From Octopus vulgaris (Eukaryota), in NCBI GenBank assembly GCA_951406725.2, contig OX597831.1, positions 30,008,001-30,072,000 of the forward strand: 64,000 bases of DNA. The letters run 5' to 3'. Under the pieces are notes generated by a model, which made no database searches, was not told the DNA's origin, and saw nothing but the letters and a program-made list of their open reading frames with translations. Below are positions 63,512 through 64,000 of this stretch, piece by piece (the first letter of the stretch is position 1; every line of letters starts with the position of its first letter). A program made the translations under genes and the position numbers.

Positions 63512-63730
63512 CTCTTTCTCTTTTACTTGTTTCAGTCATTTGGCTGCGGCCATGCCGGAGCACCACCTTTAGTCGAGCAAATCGACCCCAGGACTTATTC
63601 TTTGTAAGCCTAGTACTTATTCTATCAGTCTCTCTTGCCAAACCGCTAAGTTACGGGGACGCAAACAAAACCAGCATCGGTTGTCAAGCGATGGTGGTGG
63701 TGGGGAACAAACACAGACACACAAACATAT

Positions 63731-63775
<45 letters not shown>

Positions 63776-63937
63776 CGATGAGCGTCTTTCTGTTTCCGCC
63801 TACCAAATCCACTCACAAGGCTTTGGTCGGCCCGAGACAATAGTAGAAGACACTTGCCCAAGGTGCCACACAGTGGGAATGAACCTGGAACCATGTGGTT
63901 GGTAAGCAAGCTACTTACCACACAGCCACTCCTGTAC
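63512..63937 (-). mobile_element. SINE family A, full length
   Basis: Complete match. Confidence 0.9.
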
Positions 63938-63967
63938 CTATACATACACACAAACACACACATATAT

Positions 63968-64000
<33 letters not shown>

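Overview
Eukaryotic, AT-rich, microsatellite-saturated non-coding DNA. The repeat content (several tRNA-derived SINE families, RTE LINE tails, (TA)n/(CA)n/(TATG)n tracts) looks like a cephalopod genome, most likely Octopus; this is pattern recognition, not a database result. I find no intact protein-coding gene. Nearly all listed ORFs are microsatellite or repeat translation artefacts. The recognisable coding relics are retroelement or transposon fragments (RTE, R4/Dong-type, L1/Tx1-like, L2/CR1-like, piggyBac, Tigger) plus a possible decayed Gly-rich secreted-protein exon at ~52.7-53.2 kb. There is one complete non-autonomous Helitron (34682-35203) and a recent 22-copy 63-bp expansion inside an RTE 3' tail (11.8-13.2 kb). 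The most interesting signal is a population of short non-coding elements, mostly next to (TA)n tracts. They carry type-I hammerhead-ribozyme motifs (about a dozen in 64 kb) and/or long fold-back inverted repeats, a Penelope-like/retrozyme-like architecture. Five of these hammerheads, in otherwise dissimilar elements, share the same non-canonical core change (CUGA to CCGA). All structures were read by eye; coordinates of diverged repeats are approximate.
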